A stretch of 64,000 bases of DNA from Tubulanus polymorphus (Eukaryota; Animalia; Nemertea), in assembly GCF_964204645.1 (NCBI RefSeq), contig NC_134028.1:19661653-19725652 (forward strand). Direction: 5' to 3'. Numbering within the stretch: the stretch's first letter is position 1; each line of letters starts with the position of its first letter. The notes beneath the pieces were generated by a model. That model saw nothing but the letters and a program-made list of their open reading frames with translations. It searched no databases and was not told where the DNA came from. Positions 12,101 to 23,795 of this stretch are shown here, piece by piece. The position numbers and the translations under genes were made by a program.

Positions 12101-14473
12101 CAAACTTTTTAGCTACTGGCCTCATGACAGAGAATATATTTACCTGGACAACTTCTTACGTCGCAGTATTCCCAACGTACCGCTGGATCAGTGGTATAAC
12201 ACCAGGGTCCTCCTGTTGTATTGTCGGGGTTCCTACAATAATTCGCAGCCGTATTCCGGTCGGAGAGCATATTGTAACGGCCATGGTTGTGAGGTGATCG
12301 AGAATTCCAGGCTTGACACGTTTTTCCGGATCGCGCTTGATTCAAAGTTCCCCTGTATTCTCTACCCAACGTAGTCGTTTTGCATTCTTTAACTGAAATT
12401 TGTCACGGCGTAGGATGTTAACTCAGAAATACAACTACATTAACTAAACAAGAGCGCATTTGTTTGTCCGTTGTGGCCAGGGAATTATCCGAAAATATCT
12501 CTTAAACGCACAAATCGACATACAGGAACCTTCCATTGTCATATGAATCACTTATCATGAGGAAATGACAGAATGAGGATTTTGTTTGTAGGTTCAGTTT
12601 TGCTTTCAGATGTCGTTATTGGTTGGCCACATGCAATGTCTTCAAAATAATAATGTGCGTATGAAAGTAACTAGGAGTCCAGGTACACCATACATACTTG
12701 GAAAGTGGTTTCAAATGCTCAACAATCTAACAATTCTCAGTTCAACTCCCCTGGGGCCAGTTGCACAGTCGTGACTTAAGTCCAAAAGTGGTCTTAAATC
12801 TTAAGACTGGTCTTAAGTTGTTAGATTGGCTATAGAACTAAGTTGGTCTTAAACTGGTCTTAAATCTAAGTCATGACTATGCAACCGGCCCCTGGTGACC
12901 ATATACAAAAACCAATGACCTGGAAACTCACCACAATCATTGAACATGTCAGCAGCTACAATTTCGCAATCGATCGTGGTAACAAAATATGCACAGGTAC
13001 GAATATAATATCGAAATACTAAGTTATTGTATTATTCAACGCCGTGCGAATGAAAGTAAAAACCACAACAGGTGTCAGTTGTCCAAAAATGAGTTGAACT
13101 TTGCTTACCTGTGGATAATTGACGTAGTGAAAATGAAACTACATTGTTACCGTAGTATTATCAGAAGCCAGATTCAAAAAGGTTTTTGTGAGTAAAACCA
13201 TAGTTATACTACTGTGTCAATTGTCGCTGTGGCATTCATTCCCAGTTAATTTCAATCAAATTCTTAGCAACTTGCCCCTTATGATCCTGACCAAACACTG
13301 TGTCCGTGTTGGAGCGATAGTGAACATCTCATAATACAGAAAAGAAAAATAAGTCCGAAAGTTCTTAACTAGGCAAACAAGTTTTGCTGTCTTCCTTTCA
13401 GATGTCGTTATTGGTTGGCCACATGCAATGTCTTCAGAATAATAATGTGCGTATGAAAGTACACCATACCCACTTGGAAAGTGGTTTCAAATGCTCAACA
13501 ATCTAGCAATTCCAATGTTCAACTCCCCTGGTGACCATATACAAAAACCAATGACCTGGAAACTCACCACAATCATAGAACATCTCAACAGCTACAATTT
13601 TGCAATTGATTGTGGTAACAAAATATGCACAGGTACGAATATAATATCGAATTACTAAGTTATTATATTATTCAACGTTCCTGCGAATGAAAGTCAAAAC
13701 CACAACAGGTGTCAGTTGTCCAAAAGTGAGTTGAACTTAACCTGTGGATAATTGACGTAGTGAAAATGAAACTACATTTTACCGTATTATGATCAGAAGC
13801 CAGAATCAAAGAGGTTTGTGAGTAAACAAATAGTTATACTACAGTGTCAATTGTCGCTGTGGCATTCATTCCCAGTTAATTTCAATCAAATTCTTAGCAA
13901 CTGGCCCCTGATGATCCTGATCAAACACTGTGTCCGTGTTGGAGCGATAGTAAACATCTCACAATAGAAAAGAGAAATAAGTCCGAAAGCTTTTCTTGAG
14001 CTATACATTATTCCAACATTTCACTACTTTGGGGAATACTGAAAAGTTTCTGAAGTTGACTTATAGGATACAGTAAAATGTCAAATAAAGCGTAATTCGA
14101 GAAAACCTTTCGGGCTTATTTTTTTCTGTATTGTAGGATCATTACCGTATTATTGCCCCTGATGGTTAACTTTACTTATAGCAAACCTTTAAACTACTGA
14201 CCTCATGACAGAGGATATATTTACCTGGACAACTTCTTACGTCGCAGTATTCCCAACGTACCGCGGGATCAGTGGTATAACACCAGGGTCCTCCTGTTGT
14301 ATTGTCGGGGTTCCTACAATAATTCGCAGCCGTTTTCCGGTCGGAGAGCATATTGTAACGGTCATGTTTGTGAGGTGATCGAGAATTCCAGGCTTGACAC
14401 GTTTTTCCGGATCGCGCTTGATTCAAAGTTCCCCTGTATTCTCTACCCATCGTAGTCGTTTTGCATTCTTTAA
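1..14473 (-). CDS. Multi-kringle protein gene (apolipoprotein(a)/plasminogen-like tandem kringle array), partial; continues past the window start and its 5' exons were not securely identified
   Basis: Eight copies of a 249-nt exon bounded by ttcag| and |gtaa(a/g)t on the minus strand: 14225-14473, 12144-12392, 10696-10944, 9360-9608, 6012-6260, 4641-4889, 3159-3407 and partial 1-57. Each encodes a full six-Cys kringle: ECKxTxxGREYRG...SGKTCQAW...NYCRNPD...PWCYTTD...RWEYCDV..C. Confidence 0.93.
105..1284. repeat. Compound (AAT)n / (AATGAA)n / (AATAATGAA)n microsatellite, about 1.2 kb
   Basis: Directly visible. Rare variants AACAATG (about 391 and 807) and AAACGAAA (about 471 and 887) recur about 416 bp apart, indicating an internal duplication. 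Confidence 0.97.
1285..2509 (+). mobile_element. 5'-truncated copy of the Merlin transposon at 6704-8675
   Basis: Near-identical to 7452-8675. It has ISXO2-type transposase ORFs 1345..1782 and 1783..1974 split by one TAA, and right TIR ATTCTACACTTGGGCC followed by GAACATCT. The left end is replaced by the microsatellite. Confidence 0.92.
3159..3407 (-). CDS. Kringle exon K1 (type A: ARSG...DPAVR...RSCP)
   Basis: 249 nt, AG/GT boundaries, open frame, matches ORF 3124..3384. Confidence 0.93.
3769..3906. mobile_element. 138-bp MITE (GGGCCAGTTGCA...TGCAACCGGCCC) with CTG TSD; further copies at 11306-11443 and 12754-12891, degenerate relatives at about 17490-17550, 45060-45201 and 56665-56790
   Basis: TIRs and 3-bp CTG duplication; the empty site (aactcccctggtgacc) is present in the other intron copies. 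PIF/Harbinger-like by TSD size (inference). Confidence 0.85.
4641..4889 (-). CDS. Kringle exon K2 (type B: VRSG...DAAVR...KICP)
   Basis: 249 nt, AG/GT boundaries, ORF 4570..4875. Confidence 0.93.
6012..6260 (-). CDS. Kringle exon K3 (type B)
   Basis: 249 nt, AG/GT boundaries, ORF 5941..6246. Confidence 0.93.
7187..8140 (+). pseudogene. Degenerate Merlin/ISXO2-like DDE transposase
   Basis: N-terminal CxxC...CxxC Zn ribbon, then [58 protein letters not shown]; several stops and frameshifts. Confidence 0.92.
8270..8472 (+). pseudogene. N-terminal fragment of a DUF3987-like gene inside the Merlin TIRs (duplicate at 2104-2306)
   Basis: MSKF...[17 protein letters not shown]...KACNC...[13 protein letters not shown] aligns by eye with the N-terminus of the minus-strand gene starting at 27068 (KIYKKAWKIKVPWSEIV...RAKNCPLDLLVGALLLITASL..GP). 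It is truncated at the subterminal repeats. Confidence 0.7.
9360..9608 (-). CDS. Kringle exon K4 (type B, appears identical to K2)
   Basis: 249 nt, AG/GT boundaries, ORF 9289..9594. Confidence 0.93.
10696..10944 (-). pseudogene. Kringle exon K5 (type A) with in-frame nonsense codon
   Basis: Same boundaries as the other copies, but the Arg CGA of NQARSG is TGA (plus-strand tca at 10883-10885). This explains its absence from the ORF track. Confidence 0.85.
12144..12392 (-). CDS. Kringle exon K6 (type A)
   Basis: 249 nt, AG/GT boundaries, ORF 12109..12369. Confidence 0.93.
14225..14473 (-). CDS. Kringle exon K7 (first of the array in transcription order)
   Basis: 249 nt, AG/GT boundaries, ORF 14172..14450; the upstream flank beyond 14480 is unique sequence. 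Confidence 0.93.
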
Positions 14474-14946
14474 CTGAATTTTTGGAAATATAAAATTTTT
14501 GGATTTAGTTAACTAGAAGATATTCACAATTAAAATCGCGGTATTTGAATAAATCCAATGGATAACACAGTCCCATTACCATAAAACGTACTATCGTTAT
14601 CCTGCGATAATGCGCATGACATCATAAACGACACGACCAATGGCGTGGCACACAGCGTTAGGAAATAACTCATCTGTAGTGATAGACACACGTGATCTAT
14701 TATTAGCGAATAACCCGTAGAAAGCCCGGTCGTTTGTTAGGCCGCAACTTTAGACCTTTCAAATCCATTGCTTATGAGACTGGAGTCCACGGGTAACATA
14801 ACTGTAGGAAGCTAAATTAATATGTAGGACCTTTTTAAGAAAAGCAATCAAGTTAAGAAACGAAGGCTCTTAACGCGTTAACGTCGTTTTCAACCCGCCC
14901 CTGGTGGCTACATTAGGAACCCAAAGTTCAATAGTAAGTTAATTAC

Positions 14947-14967
14947 CTTGGACCAAATTTCTATTGT
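14947..14967 (-). CDS. Candidate 21-nt phase 1-1 micro-exon upstream of the kringle array
   Basis: ctttgtag|ACAATAGAAATTTGGTCCAAG|gtaatt; phase compatible with the kringle exons. No independent support. Confidence 0.3.
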
Positions 14968-16052
14968 CTACAAAGTTAGAAACAATAAAATTAATCATAA
15001 ATAAATTAACCAACGCCTTTGAAATTGAAAAATTTAATTTTTTCAGGGTATTTGTGGCAATAGGTTGTCGAGTAAAACGTTGCTCAGAGAAAGCAGCCAC
15101 GGTCTTATGGCTTAATTAGGGTTGTGTGTAGGGTAGTACTTAAGAATTATGGCAACTCTAGTGATAATGATCATCGCTACACAATGACAAATATTAGAGG
15201 CACCAAAGGCCGAGTAAGCACCAGAAAAAAAAACATTTGTTCATCTGTAATACCTTAACGGTAATAACAATATTAAATATAGCTGATAAACAGCGATCGA
15301 CTACTGGTTAAAATGTTGTACTTGCAGGCGTACAAAGATTTCTTCGAAATTACTCTCATCAGTTCGTACGGGTATTTTGATGGAGGACCACCTAGGGGTA
15401 TACTTATACTTGATGTGGATCCATGTGGGCTACTGTGTACGAAAGTACCGATAGAACCATGTTTAGTCGAAACAACTTTGATGATAACAAAGAGCTTTCA
15501 CAATTCAAAATGCGAGCGTGCCGTGGTTCCAAGCAGTAACCACTCAGGCCGTTCAAAGTTGATATCTTGTTTCTCATTCAAACCTCTTTTCTTGATATGA
15601 CGAGGTAGGGCGAATTTTTTTATCATGAGCTTCTTTAAGATAAAAAAGTGGAAATCAACTTGTATTATCATATTTCCAAGGAGACGAGGGCGGGAGGTTT
15701 TTCAGAGTTTCGATCCAATGGTGGGCAGAAGCAAGACATGTTCATTAGCTTATGTTCCTTGTCTAAAACATCTTAACTGCACAATTTCAAACAAATGCAG
15801 TCTAAAATGTCATAGAATAGAATAGAACATGTTTTATTGCTCGACAAAAATGCAATTGCTTAGAGCACAGAAACAAAATCGAAGTATAGAAATTACAATA
15901 ATTAATGCGATTTACGTATAAACAGCTAATCAACAAATGATTAACATACATAGACGATAATACACACACATAGAAAAAACATTCAGAATTCATGATACAA
16001 CGAATTCGCTTAGAGGTATTTAGAAGCAGTTTTGATAAAGTTAGTACGTTGT

Positions 16053-16610
16053 TTAAGTTGTTTCCGCGATTTTGACAAGACCCGGTCTATGACGTAAGCG
16101 AGAGGTGTATCTTATTGCCTCAGTGACCACTGACACGTCATCTTGTTCGGCGGTCTTTTGGTCTTTGGGCCGTTCCGCTCCAACAGCGCGCAGCTTATCA
16201 AGTTCAGCCTGGTGAATTGTGTTGGCTCGCTCGATATGTACTATACGTGATTCTAGCTTGCCTATATTTGTACATTGATTGTCAATTTCCTCGCTGATCA
16301 GTCTAGCTTTTTGATCCATTTTGTTTGCACCTGTTTTAGTAACTCTCGCTTTAGCTTAGATATTTCAGATCGCACATAGCTACCTAGATCCTCTTGGCCT
16401 TTCTTTATTTGTCGGATTTCTTTTAGTAGATCGTACTTGTCACTTCTGTGGTAGAGTCAAAACCTTCACTCAACGTATCCTGTTCCTCTGCACCCTCAGA
16501 AGAGTTGTTTTCGTCACTTTCGTCTCCTCCACCTTTTTGTTGTTTTGCTTGGCGGTGAAGCACCTTCCGATCCTCGAGATCCAGCAGAGCTTTTTGATTT
16601 TCTTTTCATT
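16053..16610 (-). mobile_element. Probable non-LTR retrotransposon ORF1 (coiled-coil) remnant
   Basis: Frameshifted heptad-rich ORF (EEIDNQCTNIGKLESRIVHIERAN) after a basic N-terminal segment; no diagnostic domain. Confidence 0.4.
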
Positions 16611-17849
16611 TAACGTTTAGGAGCGATGCTGACGTACGTCCGTTCAGTTCAGTGTCCAGAGTGGAGAATATATAGTCTTCAGGGTCACATGCCTAATCAG
16701 TTTGTGAATGGTTCCAGTTCACCATGAAGCATTAAAATGTTCAATAATTGCATTACTAATACGCTGTACTAACTATCGATGAAAACAAAATGCATAAAAA
16801 GGTTACTTTATAATTCATCATTTTTCAATGTAGTCCATTTATTGGGTAGAAATACTCTAAATACTGGTGGTGTGTTTACATTACAATAACTTAAATTTGT
16901 TCTTATTTTTCACCATATTTAGTTTTTATTTTTGTTCTAATTTCATTATGTTATGTTCAATTTCTTTTGAAACATCAACTAATTCTTTATTTCATGTTGT
17001 TTTTTATGGTTTTATTCGGTTATTTATTGATGCCAAGAAGATCTTTCTGTCTCCCATTTATAGAGGAACAAATGTGTCCTGGTATGAAAACGCAATTCAG
17101 GAATTAATTTTATGAAATATCAGGTGACTTTCAACATCAATGAATCAATGAATTAGTGATGTATGTTAAACCGACACCTTATACGTGTATTATTAAAATC
17201 AGGCCGCTTTCAGACGAATCCTTCATTCTATCGGTATCGGCAGTTCTTCGATAATTGATTCGAAATTACATTTCAAAGGATTCTGATATGTATCGTTGAA
17301 ACTTAAGTACTTTCTATACTCATTTAATATACAAATCTTTTATCTATTAAACAAAATAAAGCTATTTCAATAATATCATAAAGCTAATTTTATTAGGCAA
17401 TTCAAGAAATTAAATGAATTTGAGTTCGCTGAAACTCTTCGCTCTAAAATATATTTGTACGCTTATTGGGGATATCACATACACATAAACAGACCAGTCT
17501 TAAGATTTAAGACCACTTTTTGACATAAGTCACGACTGTGCAACTGGCCCCTGGTATATCACAAAAACTAAGTAAGTCATACTCCCTGACTTGACAATGA
17601 CCAAAAACGGCACTTACCTTTGGCTCCCGAGACTTGTTACTCCGAACGCGCCTCTGGTGTTTGCTTATATTGACCTCCGAGAAAATGTTATCTCCGATTA
17701 CCAACATCTGTTTCTCATAGATTGCGATAACTACAGCCTATGTTTCATCATTAATTTTATCAATTATTCTTGACAAGTTATTATCACGATAATAACTTAA
17801 GTTATGGGTTTTGAGATTACATAACGGCAACGTGGAGGTGTACATCTAA

Positions 17850-19737
17850 AGGCTGGCTTATGTCGACAAGCAACGCGACGCCTACCGACGCAGCTGGATA
17901 TTTTATCGCCGATAAGCGGCAACTAGCGGCCGCTAGCGAGAGGCCGCCAGTTTCTGCTCTATCGGTTCGACATAAGCCGGCTTGCGACGGCGACCCGACG
18001 CCTACTGACTCGTCGCAAGCCGTATCCGGCTAGTTGGCCATGTTCTTCTCGGGCCTACGGTAGGCGAACAGTTTCTCGCAACCGACAGCTCATATGCAAC
18101 GCGACGGAACTGAGCGTAGGGGTTCTAGCCAATAAGAGACCGCATATTACACAGTACAAATTATGACCGCTAGTTAGCGTCGTTCGTAATCAGTCATAAA
18201 CTTTCAAATTCTAGTAGTTCAAAAAGTAAACCAAACCTTCATCATGGCAGATGACTGGACCAAGGAGGAGAAACGAAATTGGTAGAATCATGGTGTGGGT
18301 GGCCATCTTTATATGATGTCGCTAGCACATTGTATTCAAAACAGAATCAGAAAAATAAAGATCTAAAAGAAATATATTTCCCAATAATTCAAAATAATTC
18401 AAATTTATTCTCAAAAATGCTTATCACATCTGAGCCGTTGCAGTTGCCAGTAATCGTAACCGACATAGCAGGGGAACAACTGGGAGGATCTCGTAAGTAA
18501 TTAGATAAATTCAAAATTAGATTCATTGAACAAATATATCAATTGCTGAGCGGGCCGCGTAGCGGGGCGTGAAGTAATCGATATATTTTTGAAAATTATA
18601 TCTCAGCAACAAATTTAGTGTATGGATGACAAAATAAAATTGATGATATTACTATGATTAATCAAATATTATCGAATGAAACATATTTAATTACTCAACG
18701 AATAGACACTTTAGATAATAGCGCTGAAAATCCTAGAACATTTAATACAGTTTTATGTCATAAAGGTAATTTAGATGAAATAATGATAAATATTCTTGAA
18801 ACTCCTTTTAATGGATGAAATGATGATTTAATACTTTCTAAAGTTTATAATGATATAATAAACTAAAGAATTGAAAAATGACAATTATATTATTTTAATT
18901 TTGATGATAAACAAATTATTTACATTGAAAATTCATCAAATATTGGTATTGAATGTGATTTAGATAATGAATTTAAAAAGTTTAATCCTAATGAAAAGTG
19001 TATTGTTATTGCGGAAGTAAATATTTAAGATCACATAAATCAAAGCATTATCAAACAATTATCAAATTATCAAACGTATCAATTATGGAAAGAATAATAA
19101 TTCTATATTGAAATAAGATTAAGGTGTATGTTTCAAATATATAATAGTTTAATATTTTGAAATTAGTTAACGAATAACTGTTAAATTGTTCAAATGTTAA
19201 ATTGTTAGACTGTTGAAATGTTAAATTGTTAGACTATTAAAATGTTAAATTGTTAGACTGTTAAAATGTTAAATTGTTAGACTGTTAAAATGTTAAATCG
19301 TAAGATTGTTAAAATGTTACATTGTTAGACTGTTAAAATGTTAAATTGTTAGACTGCTAAAACGTTACATTGTTAGACTGTTAAAATGTTAAATTGTTAG
19401 ACTGTTAAAATAATAAATTGTTATATATAACATATCATATATGTAATTATTGGATAAGTCTTGTTCTTGTTCTATATTCGAGGTTTAAAGGTTGGGAATT
19501 TAGAAAAACATGAAAATATTACCAATTTTTAATAATAATTGGAATAAAATTAAAAAATATATCGATTGCTGATTGGGCCGCGTAGCGGGGCGTGAAGTAA
19601 TCGATATATCTTTAGTCGACCTAAGTTGCTGCGAATCGGAGCGCAGTCGACATAAGCTGGGCTGCGATCGCGGTTGCTCTCAGTTGCGTCGGTAGGAGTC
19701 GGTAGGCGTCGCATTGCTTGTCAACAAAAGCCAGCCT
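17850..19737 (+). mobile_element. PIF/Harbinger derivative carrying a MADF-domain fragment, interrupted by a 1.1-kb insertion
   Basis: TIRs AGGCTGGCTTATGTCGACAAGCAACGCGACGCCTACCGAC...GCCAGCCT with TAA TSD. A frameshifted WTKEE..LVESW...PSLYDV....YSKQ..K.K.LKEI MADF motif lies at about 18244-18375. Confidence 0.85.
18494..19612 (+). mobile_element. Unclassified AT-rich insertion with a degenerate ORF, a 24-bp tandem repeat and flanking hairpin direct repeats
   Basis: About 53-bp direct repeats at 18534-18586 and 19557-19609. The ORF remnant NYISATNLV...NQILSNETY is homologous to ORF 24103..24546. (ACTGTTAAAATGTTAAATTGTTAG)n at about 19177-19422. Confidence 0.7.
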
Positions 19738-21580
19738 TAAATCTGTATGGTGGTCGGTCAGGGTCAAAGCACTCATCTTGCATATAATGCATATTGTTCT
19801 AACACTGATTATCTCCACTAGATAATGCACCACTGTTGTGGTTGCGAATCTCTACCCGTGATTTTGTGAGGGGTTACTGTGTTCTAGGCCGGATCTTCAG
19901 TCCTGGTTCTTGCTTTTTATAATGCTCCCGTATATAATTTGAACGACTCCTTAAGTTATCTATTCATATATATTCTCTCCTAACCAGATGTGTACAATCT
20001 TCCTTCCTCGAGCTCCCTCATTTCTAAAACCTCCCATCTCTTTTCTCCAGCCTCCTTCTCTCTCTTAAACATCTTAAGCTTTCGAAAACTCCCTAAACTA
20101 TAAACGCTCCATTTTTAAAATATTTTTCTCTTTAGTAACGTGTGCAGGCCCTTTTCCACACATGGCTTGGAATTCATAGATTGTGACGTATTCATACGTC
20201 ACAACATTCCTCCAATCCATGTATGGAGTGATGACGTATATACATTGGATAATATACCGATCTTGCACAGGTAAAAATACTTACTGAACATGAGTTTTTC
20301 TGGTGTCGATATTCAATTATTTAATTTCCATTTTGAGGGACACAAAAAACAGCTTTTTTTGGAGAATGCAGCGTATGCAGAAAATCGACGGTCAGCCACT
20401 CGCGCGCTCTTTGCTCTTGAATCAACCGGTGGCCACGCGTGTTTCTAAGAAGATATTTTTACGAATATAGTATCAACAATATCCTCAGATAAAACAGTAT
20501 TTTCAGTGAAAAATCATAAATTGTATCACAATAAATGAAAAAGTTACAGCCAATGACACGAAATTACCTATATTTTTTAGGCACCTTCCTAAAAGTGACG
20601 TTAATCTTTTTAAACTGTAATGGTGTTCGATTGTTGCAGCCGGGAAATATAAAATAAAAACCATCAGAAAATAGAAATTGTCACCTTTCTAACGATTAAT
20701 AAGTTTTTGTGCCAATAGAGGGATGGACAACAATTCATCGCGCTAGAGGTTTTAGTTTAAAAATGTTAAATTATGTCCAACAATGCGGGACCACCTCAAA
20801 ATGGAGCCTGGTAACTGGATACTTCCCTATTCCATTGAAATAGAAATTTGGTCCCATTCCAACAAATTAGAAACCGCCGGTTTGGTTTGAATCCGATACT
20901 AGTCAGTTCAAGTTAACTGTTATTGATTAGTCTCATAGTGCCTGTTCATATCGACTTAATTCATAGGGACTTATTGTGATATAATGCATCAACGTAAATG
21001 TATCAGTCACGCGTATCAGGTTCGAAACCCCGACAGTAAACAATTTTAGCTTTAGCTTTAATATTAGTTTTGGTTTTAGTTTGGTTTTAGTTTAATTATC
21101 GGGACAACAGATATATGAAATATCAAGTTTTTTAAAAAGAAAAACAACAAAAATATACACATGTATTTTCAATCAATTATCAAAATCATGAGACATCCTT
21201 AATGGCAGCACTTAAACCTCATTACTACGTAGGTGCTTTAACTTTTAGTATTGTTTGTATTTGTATTTCTTAAGTTCCATAAGTTGCATGTTGATGATGT
21301 TAAAAGTACTTTGGCAACCTTGGCAAGATTTTAAGAGATTCAACTAAACTTTTGCACTTAGATAAAAGCAGATGGCACTACTGCGCCCCTACTGGCCGAT
21401 TGAAAAACGTTGTCTAATTCTTATTGTATTGCAGGTAAACCCGGTTAAAACGTTTGGCTCAAGTCCATTAAAGCATTAAATAGTTCCAGCAGAGACTTAT
21501 CACATTGGACTGGTATTTGGAATTAATCCGCCAATATTGGACTGATTGAATCTTACGACATTACGCCATAGGGACGCGCG

Positions 21581-21650
21581 AACATACCGACATACCGACG
21601 AACCGACGAACCGACATACCGACAAACCGACATACCGACAAACTGACATT
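21581..21650. repeat. 8-bp tandem repeat (ACCGACAT/ACCGACGA)n
   Basis: Directly visible; possibly a subterminal array of the second Merlin-associated element. Confidence 0.8.
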
Positions 21651-22300
21651 GGCTTATAACTTATGATTAATAGCAATAACATACTGAATGTTCGGCGAAT
21701 TATGTATCTTTGGGTTTCACACGTTTAAAAGGTTTTCCAGTTTTGTCATTGTATAAATGCTTTTAGTATAAGTCTATGAATTGAAACGATTATAAATAAT
21801 ATCGGCCATAATATCGACGAAGAGCGACCACCCATAATAAGTTATCAAATCATTGGATAATCTTCACATATTTTAGGTAAGCAATTACGGTTACTTGATC
21901 AGGTTCAAGATTCATCCGTCTCATCCGTGTCGTCGACCTGCGTTAACATTTTCATGGCCTCGGACATACTACTCGTATCATTAAACTTTGCCCAATATAC
22001 GTCTAAAGTTGTGTCTGTGCATCTGAACAGACTGTCTTTTTCGAAAAGTGCGTCTGGCAATTTCTTGAAGAAAAATAGTGTTGATCTTCCAGCTCCTGCT
22101 TGTTTTAGTGTTTTCAAGTGACCCAGGTTTTTCCTGCTCAGCTCCTGCAGACTTACTGGAATAGAGAGACGAAGTATATCAGATAAATGTGCATGTGGTG
22201 GCTTTTGTTGAATTTGCATTCCATTATATATAAGCCAGCCAATTAATGAATATTCTTTTGATGTTATAGAAATTATCCTTTTTATCGGACGAGTTTAGCC

Positions 22301-23050
22301 GATTACACTTATATAAAGTGGCCGGGATCGAGGGGCCGGGAGTGCCCGTGTATTACACTTATATAAAGTGGCTGGGATCGAGGGGCGGGGTGTGTCCGTG
22401 TATTACACTTATATAAAGTGGCTGAGATCGAGGGGCCGGGTGTGTCCGTGTATTACACTTGTATAAAGTGGCTGGGATCGAGGGGCCGGGTGTGTCCGTG
22501 TATTACACTTATATAAAGTGGCTGAGATCGAGGGGCCGGGTGTGTCCGTGTATTACACTTATATAAAGTGGCTGGGATCGAGGGGCCGGGAGTGCCCGTG
22601 TATTACACTTATATAAAGTGGCTGGTATCGAGGGGCCGGGTGTGTCCGTGTATTACACTTATATAAAGTGGCTGGTATCGAGGGGCCGGGAGTGCCCGTG
22701 TATTACACTTATATAAAGTGGCTGGTATCGAGGGGCCGGGTGTGTCCGTGTATTACACTTATATTAAGTGGCTGGTATCGAGGGGCCGGGTGTGCCCGTG
22801 TATAACACTTATATAAAGTGGCTGGGATCGAGGGGCCGGGTGTGTCCGTGTATTACACTTATATAAAGTGGCTGGGATCGAGGGGGCGGGTGTGTCCGTG
22901 TATTACACTTGTATAAAGGGGCTGGGATCGAGGGGCCGGGTGTGCCCGTGTATTACACTTATATAAAGTGGCTGGGGTCGAGGGACCGGGTGTGCCCGTG
23001 AATTACACTTATAGATAGGGGCTGAGATCTAGGGGCCGGGTTAGCGTGTA
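22301..23050. repeat. 50-bp minisatellite, about 15 copies
   Basis: Unit TATTACACTTATATAAAGTGGCTGGGATCGAGGGGCCGGGTGTGTCCGTG at exact 50-bp spacing. Confidence 0.97.
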
Positions 23051-23097
23051 TTAGGCTGCATAGTCTATTATGAAATATTATTTCATAATTTCTACAG

Positions 23098-23795
23098 GGA
23101 TCCAAACTGTCGTTGTGTTCTGCTCTGTTGATCGTGTATGGATTTGCAATTGATCTACAGATTTTTCAAGTGCAGAAATTGGAACCTAAGTTGAACGTGA
23201 AGACCATCATGAAATGGTATGACAGGTTGCGTGAAGTTTGTAGCGATTTTCTAAGGCGTAATCCTGTCATCATAAAAGGTGATGTCGCAAAATCAATTTC
23301 AGAAATTGATGAATCACTTTTCGGAAGAAGACGCAAACAAAGGAAACGGAAAATAGGACACATGGGTGTTTGGAATCATTGAACGTGGAACACGGAATGT
23401 TGTAATTTCATGTGAACCGTAGAAATCGTGAAACTTTATTGCCGATTATAAAGAAGCACGTTGCAAGTGGCTGCACAATTTATTCAGATGGTTGGTCGGC
23501 ATATTCGACGTTAAATGAAACGTATAACCGTGGTGTTGTTAATCATTCCAAAGAGTTCAAATCTGTCGAAAATGTTTGCTCGAATGGCATTGAAGGTATG
23601 TGGGGTATGATGAAAGGTAGGATCAAGAAAATAAAGGGCGTTGTCCACCAAAGAATTGGAATTTATATTGATGAATTTGTGTGTAGGTATAGATTTGGAC
23701 ACTCAAATGGAGACATTTTTGGGCATTTTTCTGTCATAGGGCCTATAGGGCAACTAAAAAGAATGGAAAAATTGAGTCGGCCTAACTTACATTGA
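23098..23795 (+). pseudogene. Second, divergent Merlin/ISXO2-like transposase (frameshifted)
   Basis: GSKLSL...IVYGFAIDLQ...KWYDRLREVC...EIDESLFGRRRK...WVFGIIERG...IYSDGWSAY...VNHSKEF...SNGIEGMW...YIDEFVCRYRF. It starts after a tttctacag acceptor-like site; no 5' exon or TIRs were found. Confidence 0.9.

Noticed and set aside
22301-23050. CRISPR-like regular array
   Set aside because: Units are contiguous near-identical 50-mers with no unique spacers, there are no cas genes, and the context is eukaryotic.
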